Part shown: positions 43,486 to 60,522 of the stretch, piece by piece
How the letters are laid out: every line of letters starts with the position of its first letter
How positions within the stretch are numbered: the first letter of the stretch is position 1
Origin: the human T2T-CHM13v2.0 reference genome, Homo sapiens
Assembly (NCBI RefSeq): GCF_009914755.1
Contig: NC_060934.1
Strand: one strand, 5' to 3'
DNA: 64,000 nt
The notes under the pieces: model-generated
Seen by the model: only the letters and a program-made list of their open reading frames with translations
Told to the model about the DNA's origin: nothing
The model's database searches: none
Made by a program: the position numbers and the translations under genes

Positions 43486-44551
43486 ACCTACTCATAAGCC
43501 AATTTACAAATGTTTAATTTTGTAGGTGAAAATAGTGTTTTGCTAACCCTGTTTTATTTGAAGAAAGCAAAAAGTTATTGTCCAAAATGCAGAATGAAGT
43601 TTATTTGAGAAAATCTTGTTTAGTTAGAAACAAGAGGGTGATATAGCCAGGGTTTGTAAGAGGCAGACTTTTAACCTGCAGCAAAAGTGAAACAACGAAT
43701 TTGAGTCAACTTGCAACCAACCCAACAGGAGATTCACGCATCTGGAGTAATTGAGTTAAAGCAGATTAGGTTCTGGATTAATACACATCACTAATTTCTA
43801 TTTGTTTGCTTTTTTTTTTTAGTAATTGAAAAATACATGCAATTAATTTCTGACATGAAGAAAAATTACAATTAATCCCTCACTGTTCAAAAGCAGAATT
43901 CTAGGAGTTAGGTCAGTTGTCTAGAACTTCTGGATCAGATGATCCAAGGTTGCTTTGTTATTTAGTTTAAAGCACTGAGTATTCCCACAATAGCTGTTTA
44001 AGCACGGTGTGACAGTAGCATTAAAATATGCCCCACGGTCTAACACGAGCCCTGCTGGAATGACCTGTTCATGTGGACTTTTCTTATCTTTGCTCCCCTT
44101 CAGCAGTGCTAATGTTGGAGAAATGTTTTTTCTTGTTTTTTTTTTGTTTGTTTTTTGTTTTTTTTTAAGATGCTAAAACCAGGCCTTTTGAATGGTGGGA
44201 GGGGAAGAGACCCTGAACTCATTTCCAGGATAAGACAACTTTCTCATTTGACTAGTTCAATTTTTTTAAAAACCTACTTAAGAAAATATATTCTAATAGA
44301 GGTAATAAAATAAAGCATTGACCACATAAGCATTGACCTAGGATTTAAACACATTATTTAAAACCAAGTTGGTTGCATGGGTGGATATGTGGGTTGCACA
44401 TATCCTATCATTTAAACTTGTGCTACTCAAAATATTACATTTCTTTAAGTAGCCCCACTTTTGAAACTAAAAGCAGCTATGGAAATACGTCAACCAGAGA
44501 AACTTATGTACTCTTACAAAATAAATTATGTACTCTTATGATTTGAGCAAT

Positions 44552-44785
44552 TGTAGCTCACTGCAGCCTCGACCTCCCATGCTCAGGAGATCCTCCCACT
44601 GCAGCCTCCCGAGTAGCTGGGACTACAGGTGTGCACCACAATGCTTGGCTAATTTTTAAAAAAAGATGTAGAGACAGAGTCTCAGTAAGTTGCCCAGGCT
44701 GGTCTTGAACTCGCGGGCACAAGCCGTCCTCCCACCTCAGCCTCTCAAAATGTTGGGATTACAGGTGCGAGCTACTGAACCCGAC
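44552..44785 (-). mobile_element. AluJ, partial
   Basis: Antisense Alu lacking a tail. Confidence 0.88.
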
Positions 44786-45324
44786 AACCCACACACACAT
44801 TTTTATTTTAAAAAGCAAGCCATTTAACATCAACACATCCTATATAAAATATAAAACTAAAATTCTGACTCCCTAGAGCTATCACATTGTAACAAAGCTG
44901 AACACTCATACAATCTAGCTAGCCTGTCCTCTCTACATGGGGTCATTCTGCCCCAAATCAAAACATGAATTGTCCTATGAACTATAAAAGTTGAGTTCAT
45001 GCCCTTTGAGAATTGGTGGAAAATCCAATTTGCTTCTCTCCATCTCTGTCTATAGAGGAAGGCTGATCTAATTGTGAGAGAGGTTTTCAGAGCTCAACTG
45101 CACAGGGAGCTTCTTATAAATAGTTACTACCTATCTTTCTAATGACAGCCATGTATACACATTTCTGAATAAAACACAAGCAACGGTGCACACCTCTCCT
45201 TTACAGTCCATAGAAGTTCACCACAGTTGCTCATTTCCCAAATCAGAAATGTGGGGCCCTCTCCCCGCTAGCATCTTGGGACAAAAACACCAAATTTAGG
45301 TACCATTTTGCCAGTTGTTGTTGT

Positions 45325-45570
45325 CACTGAAGAATGGTTAAGAACGTGGAATCTGGCTCCTGTAGACCTGGGTTTGAGGTTCAACTCCATTAAGTACAAA
45401 TGCGTGTCCTGTGCAAATTTCTTTAGCTATTCTAGGGTTCACTTTGCCTGTTTTTGAAATAGGAATAAAAATAGTCTCTAAATCACAAAATGATTGTGAG
45501 GATTATGAAGACCATGCGCATAAAGATCTTGGCCCCTGGTAGATGCTCAGTCCATATTAGTTATCATTAT
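45325..45570 (+). mobile_element. MIR
   Basis: AATGGTTAAGAACGTGG..AGACCTGGGTTTGA..GATTGTGAGGATTA. Confidence 0.7.
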
Positions 45571-45669
45571 TGTCATTTGTTTTGGCTGTGGCTGTACGAT
45601 TGCTACTCACAGGAGCTATCATTGGTACTCTTAATTCCTGACGAGAATTTTTAAAATTTTTTATTGTGA

Positions 45670-47998
<2,329 letters not shown>

Positions 47999-48334
47999 TA
48001 ATTTTAGTTCTACAGATAGAGTTGTAGAGTAGGAAAAAAAAATACAGACTTTTTGAGACAGGTATTTCAACCCAGTGTGACACATAGTAGTTGCATGTCT
48101 CTCTGGCATTTTCTTAATCCTCTGAGACTCAGTTTCCTTATCTGTAAGATGGGAATAATGTCAACAGGATTATTGTGAATGCATATGAAAGTACCTGACA
48201 CAGTGTAAGCAGTCATTAAATGGTTACTCTTAATATGATATAATTAGTTATTCTACCTCCATTGGAGAGCAAAAATACATATCCTCAGAAGCATCTGATT
48301 CCACGAAATTATCCTCACACAAAACTCAGTCATC

Positions 48335-48640
<306 letters not shown>

Positions 48641-50192
48641 TCATCCTGAGCGCTTTTGTGGCCCTAGTTAGTATAGGATGTAAGACCTTTGGAAATGCAC
48701 AAGAATCAGAACAGACTGGAAAATAATAAAAACAGGCACGCTGAAAAAGACTCACTGCTTTTGCTTCCTTACAGAAGAATGCGCTCAGCACAGTTGGGAG
48801 GCTGGGAGAAGGAGCGGCAGCTGCAATGAGGCTGCACAGCCATGCACTTGATTGGCTTTCGCAATTTCAAGAGCTAAAGTCAGAATCAGAATCTGCTTCA
48901 GATTTTAATTCAGCATGTAAAAGGCTAGAGAGATGTTTCTGAAAGTGAGTCTGCAATAATAAATCAATGGGACACAGGGAAAATATTCTAAATAGGCAAC
49001 ATTTTGCCATTGCTGAAAATTTAAATATCTCTTCCTTTCTACTGTGCCAAGATAAAGGGCTAAGAAAGAAATCCCAAGCTAATGGCAGAGAAGACTAATG
49101 TATTGCCTCCCAAGACTAAGCACAGAACACACGATCTCACCCTGCTCAGCCACAGACAGGCAGATAAATGAAAATGCATCTTTTTTTGTCTGAACTCTTG
49201 ACATAGCATCTGTGAAGATAAGCATCTCTAATATTGATTCCCTATTCAGTAGGACTTCAGGGAAGAAGAAGAAAAAAAAAATCCATCAGTGGCTGAACCA
49301 ACCACTGCAACCCTATGTTTCTGGGTTGGGTTGTTTGAGTCCCTGGTGAAATGTCTGTAAGTTCTGAGGCCACCCATCACACTGACCAAAACATCAGAGA
49401 CCAACTCTGTTTTTATCGTTGTGCATTCAGTAAAGTTCTTATCAGCAACTTTCTCTTCTCCATTGGTCCCCTGGATCTCAGAGGGATCCCAGGGTTGATG
49501 TGAAATTAGGCATGAGGGAATTCTTCTTAGGTAGCAGCCAGCCCACGTTACTCTGGGCTGCCAGATACAAGTCGGTGGCTCTATTTGGGGACGCCATAGC
49601 AGGGCTGGAATTCGGCATTCTGAAGACACATTTAATGCCAAAGCCAGTCTTCTGTGACTATGGTCTATGGATTTGTTATGTGGGTCCCAATGAGAAGGGC
49701 CCTGGCTTTGTTCTACAAACAGAACCTGATAACCACAGCGTAAGCTCGATGCTAAAAACCAATTCTCCCGTATTAGGATGGCTGACACTTTCAGCCAGAA
49801 CTGCTGGAGAAGTGTCTCTATGGTGGGCATTCAGATCTTCCCCTTTCATCATCAGAGGCACAGCCTCATGGTCCCACCTCTACTAACAGCCCCTGTGGCT
49901 CTACGTTAGATCAGTTGCTACTGAGTCTCATGCAGGATCCACGAATTACAGGGAATTTTTAGCATCACACTAAAATGGCTCCAAGCTCTGACTTTCAAGT
50001 ATTTATCTTTAGCAACTGTACTTTTGTAGTGCTCGTTCCTTTTTTCTTATTTGTTGCTATATAGGTACGTGCAGAGGTGGAAGGGGTAGTTCCCTTCAAG
50101 TCTCGTAATTAGTTCACCTGTAGTTGTTTGGGCTGGCACAGTGGGGTATTTTCTGGGTCTGTGTTATGTCAAAGGCAGGGCTTTATAGGTAA

Positions 50193-50492
<300 letters not shown>

Positions 50493-52036
50493 GCCACCAC
50501 CATTTTTTCATACACACTCCCCTCTGCACTGCTAGGAAGCGCTCTGTTTTATGGTTGTTCCTGGTTGACACTATAATACATCTTCCAGAGCAATGTTAAC
50601 ACCTATCCATTTGTTACTTCAATGGGGTGTTTGTTACTGAACACTTGTTATGCCTGTTAACACGTGTATAACAGAATCCACCACTGCCACGGGTTCAGTG
50701 GGTGGGCTTCCCACCAGTGACTCTCCAGCGGCTTAAGACAGCTGCGCCGTTGCAGCCGTCACAAAAATCAGCATAGGATTCCAGAGTGCAGCAGAATATC
50801 TTCTGTCCTTGAGAATATTTGCTGGTGTTGCCATCTGGCCAGGAAAGAACATAATTAGGCTTGACCTGCCATGATTTTCTAAGTGCTGTATAGAATTAAG
50901 CACAGACCACAATCCCCGTGCCAAACCATATTCACCCATGATTCTTCCAAGAATCAGGCAGCAAATCCAAACTTTGATATTTAAAGATGCAGCAACCTAG
51001 GCCAAAAGAGAGAGTGTCTAAGTCTCACTAAATCCTGGAGCAAGAATTTGGCAGGTCCTGGAAGAAGGTGAAACAGAGAGGGCTTCCTCTAGCTTCATGC
51101 ACGATCATCTGCCAGGGCATCTCTTTGAGCCTTTCTTTCCTATTCTTGACGATTTTCTAAAAGGGATGCTCTTCGAGCACTTGCCTTCAACTTGATGGCA
51201 AAAGACATCAGAGTAAAACCCTTTTCCTTAGTCCCATTTCATTCTCAGCCTTGCCCCTGTTTATAGGTCTTTAGGAGGACTTGGGTCCTGGGCAGACCAT
51301 CCCATCAGTAGAATGCACGCATGAAGCGTGGATGAAGAGCTCTTGGTTGTAATCCAAGAAGGAAATGCAGGCTGATCCAAGGAAAGAGGTGTGATTGGAA
51401 GGATTTGAAGAACTCATTGAACTGGGAGTGAGACTAGAGAACTACAGGCAGAAGATGAGCAGGAGCCGAGGTCTAGGTGGCAGGAGAGACAGCTGAGGTC
51501 CCACAGTCACAGCCAGGACACTGCTGCTGGCCCCATACCACTGGATGCTTGCTGCTGCTGCTGGAGCCTGGGTCAGCTCTGCGGATCACCACCTGCCCTG
51601 CCAGGGTGCGCTGCCTCTGTGGATGCTGAGGACCAGACAAGGGCTTCCAATCAGCTGGGTCTAGGTCAATGAGTCGGTGCCCCACTGCCTGAGGGCAAGA
51701 GAGGGAACATTTGGCCCTGCTCGGGTGTCATACTGCCTTATCTACTGGATGGGTGAGTGCCCAAATCAGCAAGCGGTTCAGAGGATGGTCAGCCAACAGA
51801 TTAACAAACAAATAATCCAACAACGCGCAAACATCCAGAACAGATGCTATTTAAGAATGAGGACAGCTAACGTTTCAAGGAGGATCCACCCTGCTCCTGA
51901 GTGACCCTGGTTCTGTGTGTTTGGGTCTGGGTCTGCTCATCTATAAAGTATAGCTAATGAAACCTATATTTTAAGAGTTTATGTGAGAATTAGAGATACT
52001 GTAGATAAATTACCCTGAGAAGGAACTCCAACAGGT

Positions 52037-52067
<31 letters not shown>

Positions 52068-52079
52068 TCGGTTTTTAAA

Positions 52080-52160
52080 ACATTTTTATAATTTTTTGAT
52101 AGAGATGGGGTCTTGCTATGCTGCCCTTGCTGGTCTTGAACTCCTGGCCTTAAGCAGAGG
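52080..52160 (-). mobile_element. Alu left-monomer (FLAM-like) fragment next to a poly-A tract (52042-52067)
   Basis: TAGAGATGGGGTCTTGCTATG..GGTCTTGAACTCCTGGCCTTAAGC. Confidence 0.8.
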
Positions 52161-52301
52161 TGAATTCTTGGCCATATGTAGGGTGCCCACAGCTGCACAG
52201 AAGTCAGATAGGATGAGGAGATAGAACCTGGAGTGACGAGCACTGTCACGGTAAGCCAAGACTCTAGAATATGGGATATGGGGTTAGGAGATGTGTGCTA
52301 G

Positions 52302-52675
<374 letters not shown>

Positions 52676-52878
52676 GCATCAATTTCTCTGCTGTTGAGAG
52701 AGAGACAGACAGAGACAGAGAGAATTCCAGCTCTGTTTATGCTACACAGCTGTTGCTAGGACCAAATAAGATAATATGAGGAGCTACCAACTGGTAGGCA
52801 AATGCTCTTCATTATGTTGACCACTTAAGGTCCCTTCTGAGAATCCATTATTTATTCTGGGTCTACGGAACACTGACT

Positions 52879-53154
52879 ATGATGAGGGTGCTAAGGCTGC
52901 TGGCGAGGGTCCTCCTCGGCCAGCTTCTCCTAGCAGCAGGGCACGCACAGCCCTGTTTTCTCATCTGCTTTCAGCAGCATTTGCCTCCTACTCCACTTGG
53001 GTCACTCAAGGGTCCCAAAATAGACCTGTGCATTCATGGGACCCCTCCCACCTGCCTCTCTGCTCAGTGTCTCTGTTGGGACAGGCAGCAAGTGCTTAAA
53101 TCCCAGCCACTGCTCCCCGCTGGAGTCCACCTGAGAACTTTCCCAGCAATTTGA
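52879..53154 (+). CDS. Hypothetical 91-aa ORF with a signal-peptide-like N-terminus
   Basis: ATG start with A at -3 and N-terminus MMRVLRLLARVLLGQLLLAAGHA|QP, in apparently non-repeat sequence. No recognised domain. Confidence 0.15.
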   Translation: MMRVLRLLARVLLGQLLLAAGHAQPCFLICFQQHLPPTPLGSLKGPKIDLCIHGTPPTCLSAQCLCWDRQQVLKSQPLLPAGVHLRTFPAI

Positions 53155-53189
53155 CAGAACAACAAGGCACCAGTTACACTTCTCTATCA

Positions 53190-53405
53190 TCTATTGCCAA
53201 GCTACAATGGGCCAGGCACTGTACTAAGCACCTTATATGTGGGGTATCATCTCATTCTCATAATAATTCTGCAAGGTGGATAGAATTATGTTTCCAAGTT
53301 TCTAGGAGAAGTAGAGACTTATTTAGATTAAATAGCTTGTCTAAAATGTTCCGGCACTACATGAGTCCAGGTAATGAGTCCAGGCCTGAGTCTTAACCAC
53401 TGTGT
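53190..53405 (-). mobile_element. MIR
   Basis: GCCAGGCACTGTACTAAGCACCTTATATG..TCATTCTCATAATAATTCTGCAAGGT. Confidence 0.7.
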
Positions 53406-53544
53406 GGCGTTCGGCCAAGAAATTCGATAGTCACCAACTTCATTTCTTCCTTAGGAAAATAATTCCATACCGTGGCCCATCATTTCTCCAAAGGATCTTT
53501 TAACATATCTTTTTCCGTTCCCCCTTCCTTTTTGAGCAAGAAGC

Positions 53545-54021
53545 ATTTTTTATTTTATTATTTATGTATTTATATTTTACTTTAAGTTCTGGGATACATG
53601 TGCAGAACGTGCAGGTTTGTTACATAGGTATACATGTGCCTTCATGGTTTGCTGCACCCATCAACCTGTCGTCTAGGTTTTAAGCCCCAAGTGCATTAGG
53701 TACTCATCCTAATGCTCTCCCTCCCCTTATGCTCCTTCCCCCTACAGGCCCCGGTGTGTGATGTTCCCCTCCCTGTGTCCATGTGTTCTCACTGTTCAAC
53801 TCTCATTTATGAGTAATAATATGTGGTGTTTGGTTTTCTGTTCCTGTGTTAGTTTGCTGAGAATGACGGCTTCCAACTTCATCCATGTCCCTGCAAAGGA
53901 CATGAACTCATTCTTTTTTATGGCTGCGTAGTATTCCATGGTGTATATGTGCCACATTTTCTTTATCTAGTCTATCATTGATGGGTATTTTGGTTGGTTC
54001 CAAGTCTCTGCTACTGTAAAT
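53545..54021 (-). mobile_element. L1PA (about PA8-10) 3'-end fragment
   Basis: TTTTACTTTAAGTTCTGGGATACATGTGCAGAACGTGCAGG...CCATGTCCCTGCAAAGGACATGAACTCATTC. Confidence 0.92.
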
Positions 54022-54390
54022 AGGAGGTGCTTTTTTACTGATTCCTTTCGACTCTTATTTCCTCATGACCTGTAAAAATATGTGTCAATATTGAGAACAC
54101 AGAAAGTTAGGCTTGACATTTCACCCTGAAGCTGCTGTCATTTTAATTATCTGGCACATTCATAGAAAAACATCCCAGAGATGCCTGACTTTACTTTTCA
54201 TCTGTGGAGATACTGTTGGATTGTTTAAGCATTAAAATCTCAGAAACAGAAATGCTACTTAGGTTGTATAACCCTACGTGGCTTAATAGACTCATGGATC
54301 TCCTTAATTTGCTCTAATTAAAAGTGCCTTTTAAATTGATAAAAACAAAAAGTTTTGTTGAGAATTGTTCTTTTAAAACTGGCAAAAGCT

Positions 54391-54706
54391 GGCCGGACGC
54401 GGTGGCTCACTCCTGTAATCCCAGCACTTTGGGAGGCCGAGGCGGGCGGATCACGAGGTCAGGAGATCAAGACCATCCTGGCTAACATGGTGAAACCCCG
54501 TCTCTACTAAAAATAGAAAAAATTAGCTGGGCGTGGTGGTGGGCACCTGTAGTCCCAGCTACTAGGGAGGCTGAGGCAGGAGACTAGGGTGAACCCGGGA
54601 GGCGGAGCTTGCAGTGAGCCGAGATTGCGCCACTGCACTCCAGCCTGGGCGACATAGCGAGACTCCGTCTCAAGAAAAAACAAACAAACAAACAAACAAA
54701 AAAAAA
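54391..54706 (+). mobile_element. AluY
   Basis: GGATCACGAGGTCAGGAGATCAAGACCATCCTGGCTAAC with TSD AAAACTGGCAAAAGC. Confidence 0.95.
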
Positions 54707-56723
54707 CTGGCAAAAGCCAGGTGGGGTAGGCAGGTTTCTACTGATCTAAAATGTAACTACTGAAACTACCTGAATTCCAGCCTGACTGTTGAGATTGCAC
54801 AGACTGGCCAAGTGGAACAGAGAATAGGAGAAAGAGAGAAAAGAAAAGATGCTTTCTGAGTGAGTGTTTGCTCAACTGAAAGCATGGTGTGATTTTTGGA
54901 AATATTCATTCACGCTAGGATTACTTTTAGCCAATCCATTCAAAGAATAGTGGTGTTTTTGCTGGAATTGATGTAACACCTTTGGAAAAGTAAGTAACAG
55001 GGTCCTTTGCACCTCAGAAAGTGCATTACATCATGAGATACTTGGTGAACTGTAAATCAAATCATGTATTGATTTACAGGATGCTCCGAATGCATGCTCA
55101 CCTGGGCCGCCTATTGATAATAGAGTCTACTATGTTGATGGTTGCTAGAGTCACCATCCCAATACTGATGGAGTAATGACATCTTCATTATTCTCGCCCA
55201 TGCTCTCTTCCCTTCCCCTCCGAAACTTCTCCTAATGAGGCAGGATGGTTACGTAGTAAATCTAACCCTGTCACACAACCGAAACGCCCTGTTGGAAGTT
55301 TCAGACAGAAATCACACAGGCTGCTGCATGACGGCCATTTATGATTTCTCAGACTTTCCTCCAGTGCTTTCTTTTCCCGGTGTGTGCGTGACATTTCTAT
55401 CATGTGGCATTCTCAGCACATGTGTCAGGCTTCACCCTAAACAAGCCTGCTGGTGTATGATGATAAATAGTGCCACGATCTGCAGCGATTCCCACCCCTC
55501 CACATCCTGGCAAAGGTCTCCTAGCAACTGTTGTTATGGGCAACACTAGCATGTTTAGTTCAATTCAGGGGCTACGGGCCATTTCTGGTCTCCTGATGGA
55601 GGTTCAAGTCTATGCCCTGGAGATTCGGATCCCCTCACAAATCCACATGCCCATTATAACTTCCCTTGTACCTGCATAACGTTTAACCATTATTATTAAA
55701 TTTGTCCGTTCAGCAAGATTGAAACTGCCATTCGGAAGCTATTGCACCTTCCACACAGGCAGTGAAAAAGGACTAACATCTGAATTTCGCTACAAGGTAA
55801 CATTCGGCTTCATTCTCTTTCCTGTTTAATATTCACAACCTTAACTTTAAAATGGTTTCCAAACTATGGTGTGTGGTATAAAAACAAAAAGTAAGAACAG
55901 AAGGAAAAAAGTCCATTATTAAGCCCCTGCTGGGATCCCTTTCTCTTTAATGCACTTCAAAAAAAAAAAAAATTCCGGGCAATTTTGTATTCAGATGCAT
56001 CAGCAGAACCAGGCTGCAAATGTCTGCATTGGTGGATTACATCACCCCCTACTGATTGATCCTTTTAATGGCTCAGCATTTTGCAAATGAAGAAGCAGTT
56101 ACCTCTGTTCTGTTGGCTATTAATTCCATCTACATAGGGTTCTGCTGGTTTAATGAGCATTGAATATCTTCCATCAAAATGCAGTGCTTTCAAGGGATGT
56201 AATAAAATAGCCTATGTTAAAACTGGCCTATAAAAGTAGCTTATAATAAAATAGCCCAGCTAATGTAAAATTTAATTCCTTCACTATATTTATGAAATAG
56301 GCAATCAGTCCTCATTCAGAGAAAATGGAATGTACACCAAGCAAAATCAGCTTTGACCTGATCTCTTTAAACTCAATAGTAACTCAGTTGGAACCATCTG
56401 AACTTGTTTTTTGAAAAAGCTTCTAGAACCTTTTTTGTGATTGTCAGCATTTTCAGGACAACTTTGTATTCAGGTGAGCCTGATTATTCAACACTAAGAT
56501 TTCCATTTGGCATGAAAGAGGTGTTTAAATTATGAGTTTATTTTTAATTCTTGGTTAAAAAGTAGTCTTCTATTCTTGGAAAGCAGAAGTACAATGGCTT
56601 GAAGGACAACTGTGCACTCAGGCATTGATCTTTAGCGTTTATACTTTATTAGCCGATACCGAATTCCACAGTGATTCTAATCCCCTTCTACAAAGCATTG
56701 GAGGGGGATTTGTTTTACCCTCC

Positions 56724-56725
<2 letters not shown>

Positions 56726-56758
<33 letters not shown>
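56726..56758 (+). repeat. Poly-A tract with no attached element
   Basis: Direct reading. Confidence 0.9.
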
Positions 56759-56764
<6 letters not shown>

Positions 56765-57814
56765 ACTGAGAATTAAACAGAGGTGTTGCCAGGAACAGAC
56801 ATTACAAACATAAAATGAACAGAACAGAAGGGCTGTCTAGGAGTTTGTTGTCCATCTGCCCTACAGGATGGGAAGAGTGGCTGAGGACCCCAAGGCCACA
56901 CATGCTGGGATTTCTGGGGTGATTTAGGAAGAGTGAGACCATCCTGAGGATCTCTTCTGTTTTCCTAAGCTGTATCACCACCAAGCTGCTTTGCCTGTAA
57001 CACTGAGCTCAGGAGTAGGAGGAAACTGCTGTTTTCTAAGACAGTGCTGATGCTCTAGTGGATATCAGCCTGGAGGAGGACCTGTTGCCTAGCTCCATAC
57101 TCACTACTCGAGGTACTTGTACCTATTGTCTCAAGCTAAGTACACCAGGCTTGAGACCTCAGACATGTAGGAAAAAATAACCACTTCAAAAGAGAAAAGG
57201 GTTAGCCAATTCTGAGAAAACAGAGTCCACAGATTGGATATTTATTACCATCAGGGGTCGTATGGAGCATGGGGATGAGAAGAACGTCCAAAGATGAGGG
57301 CTTTCTTTATTCCCCAAGTGTTCTTTTCCAATATATTGTTAGATCTATCTAGTACACCTAAAAGTCAGACGCTAACTCAAATCAGAAGCATTCCTCAAGC
57401 TAATTTTATTCTCACAAATCTCTAAGGGACTGCATTATTATATTCGATTTTGCAGATATTTCTTACACGTCGTTGCTAAGGATGTTGGAGACATTTGGTG
57501 ATAGATAGCCCACAGGTATAAGTAGTATATTAATGGTAATAAAAAATGACAAAAGTCCAATAAAGACATACAAAGGATAACTTTTGTGTTCACATTGTTC
57601 TTTGTAAGGATTTAAACCTATGCCTCTAGTGCATGACCTCTGAGCAAAATTACAAAGTAAAACAAGGATAAGGAGGCAATAAATGCCAAATTAAGTCACG
57701 ACAGATGGAACACAAGAGGGACCCTGTCCTTCGTACAAATAATCTGAAACGAAACAACTAATACTCCAAGACTTTTCATGGGGAGGTCAGACAGGGAGTC
57801 AGAAGTCAAAGAGA

Positions 57815-58874
57815 TTGCTGGTGAGAGTGAAAATGGTGCATTCACTGTGGAAAGGAGTATGAAAGCTCCTTAAAAAATTAAAGATACAATTACAGTATGA
57901 TCCCACAATTCCACTTCTGGATATAGATCAAGAGGAATTAAAAACAATGTCTCCAACAGATATTTTGAGACACCATGCTCATGGAAGCATTATTTATAAA
58001 GGGTTAAAAGGTGGAAGTAAACTTTGTACCCATTATAGATGAATGGATAAATAAAATATGGCATCTGTCTGTCTATCTATCTGTCCATCCCTCCATCCAT
58101 TCATCCATACACACACACATGCTGGAATATTATTCAGCCTTAAAAAGGAAGGAAATTCTGACCTATGCTACAACACAAATAAACCTTGAGAACATTATGC
58201 TGAATGAAATAAGCCAGTGATATAATTTGGCTCTGTGTCCCCATCCAAATTGTAATCCCCATAATCCTCACGTGTCGAGGGAGAGACCTGGTGGGAGGTG
58301 ATTGGATCATGGGGGCGGTTTCCCCTGTGTTGTTCTTGTGATAGTGAGTTCTCATGAGGTCTGATGATTCTGTAAGTGTTTGACAGTTCCTCCTTCACAT
58401 GCTGTTTCTCGCCTGCCACCATGTAAGATGTGCCTGCTTCCCCTTCTGCCGTAGTTTCCTGAGGCCTCCCCAGTCATGCGGAACTGTGAGTCAATCAAAC
58501 CTCTTTTTTTAAATAAATTACCCAGTCTCAGGCAGTTCTTTAAAGCAGTATGAAAATAAACTAATACAACCAGTCATAAAAAGGCAAATATTATGTGAGT
58601 CCATGTATATGAGGTGCCTAGAATACGGTGGTCAAGTTCATAGAGACAGAATGTAAAATGGTGGTTGCTAGGGACTAGGGGAGGGGGATGGGGAGTACTT
58701 ATTTAACGGATACAGAGTTTCAATTTCAGAAGACAGAAAAAAAAGAAAAACTTCTGGAGATGGTGGTTGCACAACTATGAATGTACATTCACACTGCTAT
58801 TAAACTGAACACTTAAAAATGGTTCAAATGACACTTTGTTATGTATATATTACCACAATAAAAAAAAAAAAAAA
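57815..58874 (+). mobile_element. L1MB-like 3' end with poly-A, interrupted by an MST LTR
   Basis: TTGCTGGTGAGAGTGAAAATGGTGCA and GGAATATTATTCAGCCTTAAAAAGGAAGGAAATTCTGAC. Ends ACTGAACACTTAAAAATGG..ACCACAATAAAAA. Confidence 0.88.
58218..58568 (+). mobile_element. MSTA-like solo LTR
   Basis: TGATATAATTTGGCTCTGTGTCCCC...CTAATACA with TSD (G/A)CCAG. Confidence 0.88.
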
Positions 58875-59261
58875 GGAGTAGTCAGCCCCAGGACTGCAAT
58901 CTAATTACATTCAAATAGGCATTAAGAAGAAATGGGCCCTCAGCTGTATATCTAAAATAAAAGTGATCATCAGTATCTTCTTCTCAACCTGTGGTCAAAG
59001 GCCTTCTTCTTTATCAATGAATGTACACAACTCCACCTTGAAAGCTCAGAGAATAACAATTGACTTTGGGATATTAATGGCTAATTTTCCCCAAAGGTGA
59101 GGGAGCAAGAAGACATATGACCAAATCAATTAGCCCCCTTAATTAGTATGAATTAAGTCTTGCTTGAAAGAAAGCAAATGGAACAGAACACAATCACTTT
59201 AAGAAAAGGCAGGAGGAGTTGTAATAATTGCTACCATTCCCTAAACACCTCAGATGCTACC

Positions 59262-59647
59262 CTGTGCTAGGGGATCATCCTCACTGCTGTTCACCAGCCT
59301 TGCCAGACTTCCACCCCCTTCCAGGCGCCAGAATGCCTTCCCTCTGGCCCCCTTGTGGTTAGGTGGAACCCAGTGACTAGCGTCTAACTAATGAGCTGTA
59401 AGCAGAAGCAACAAGTGTCAGTTCCAAACTGAAGCATCTCATTGCTGGTGCAAGATCCCAGCAATCTATGCGGATTACATTGCCTGAGATGGGGGCTCTT
59501 GTATCCACATGAGGAGTCATGGTAGGCATTTGACATTTAAATATGACATTTATATTATAATTTGATGTGATATTTAAAGGTAGTTATAAACCACTAAGAT
59601 GGGGGATAATTTGTTACCATGTTTTAGCCTAGCCTATTTTTACTACA
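59262..59647 (+). mobile_element. Old MLT1 (H/I/J-like) LTR
   Basis: CTTGTGGTTAGGTGG..GTGACTAG..AATGAGCTGTAAGCAGAAG, ending TTGTTACC..CCTAGCCTATTTTTACTACA. Confidence 0.6.
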
Positions 59648-59679
59648 AAACGAAATGAAAAACCAACCTAAACACTGAA

Positions 59680-59850
59680 CTGGGCACATTACCTATATAA
59701 TCTAAAGTCCTACAATGAACCTGCAAGGAAATATTACATATCCATTTTCCAGATGAAGCAACTGAATCTAAAACATCACACCCAGGAAGGCAGCACTTAG
59801 AATCAAATACAAATTCGTCTGACTCCAAAACCTGTGCTCTTTCCGCAGTA
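59680..59850 (-). mobile_element. MIR
   Basis: TCCATTTTCCAGATGAAGCAACTGA..TCTGACTCCAAAACCTGTGCTCTTTCC. Confidence 0.7.
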
Positions 59851-60522
59851 ATACTGAGTTCTCTTTAATGTTCAGGCTTACTTTGACCATTAAGATGCAC
59901 CATGAGTCATTTCCTGCCACCTCTAAATGGCTATAATGCTCTTTCTCCTCAAGCAATAAAAGATGATTTCTCTGCCTCACTTTACTAGCCTCTAATTAGG
60001 CACGATCTTTCTGGAAGTACAGTCTCCTTTGGTCAGCAAAGACCTTCTGAGCTCTTACATCCCTTGAATATGGAATCTTGCACAAAAGCCTCAGGCTCTT
60101 AGTTTTCAAGCTGTGAAATGGGAGTACTAATGACTCATCACAAGCTTGCTCATGGACATTGCACAACCACACTTACGCTTGGGTCCCCAGGAGCAAGTGA
60201 AGCCATGGACCTTTCTTAGGCTGCTTGGGCTGGGATCAGTGGCAGTGGAGGACATGGGTCACAGGTCAGCATGGGAGGAGAGCATAGGCACCGGCCTTAG
60301 GTCTCCGGGTTCGTTGGTGAGGTATCAGCTCTGAGGTATGGGCAGGTTATTTGTCCTTTCTATAGTTTCCTCTTGTGCCAAATGCGGATGACCAAGGGAT
60401 TGCTTTGTGAAGGAAGTTAGTTCAAACAAATAAAACACTGAGGGAGTAAGGTAGAGAGGAATGTCTAGAGTATTTGCAGCATTCAAAGAGAGGAAAATGC
60501 TTTCCAGAAGCTGCTCAAGTCC

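Noticed and set aside
55050-55079. 11-bp stem hairpin CTGTAAATCAA/TTGATTTACAG
   Set aside because: A short, AT-rich isolated stem with no supporting context, compatible with chance.
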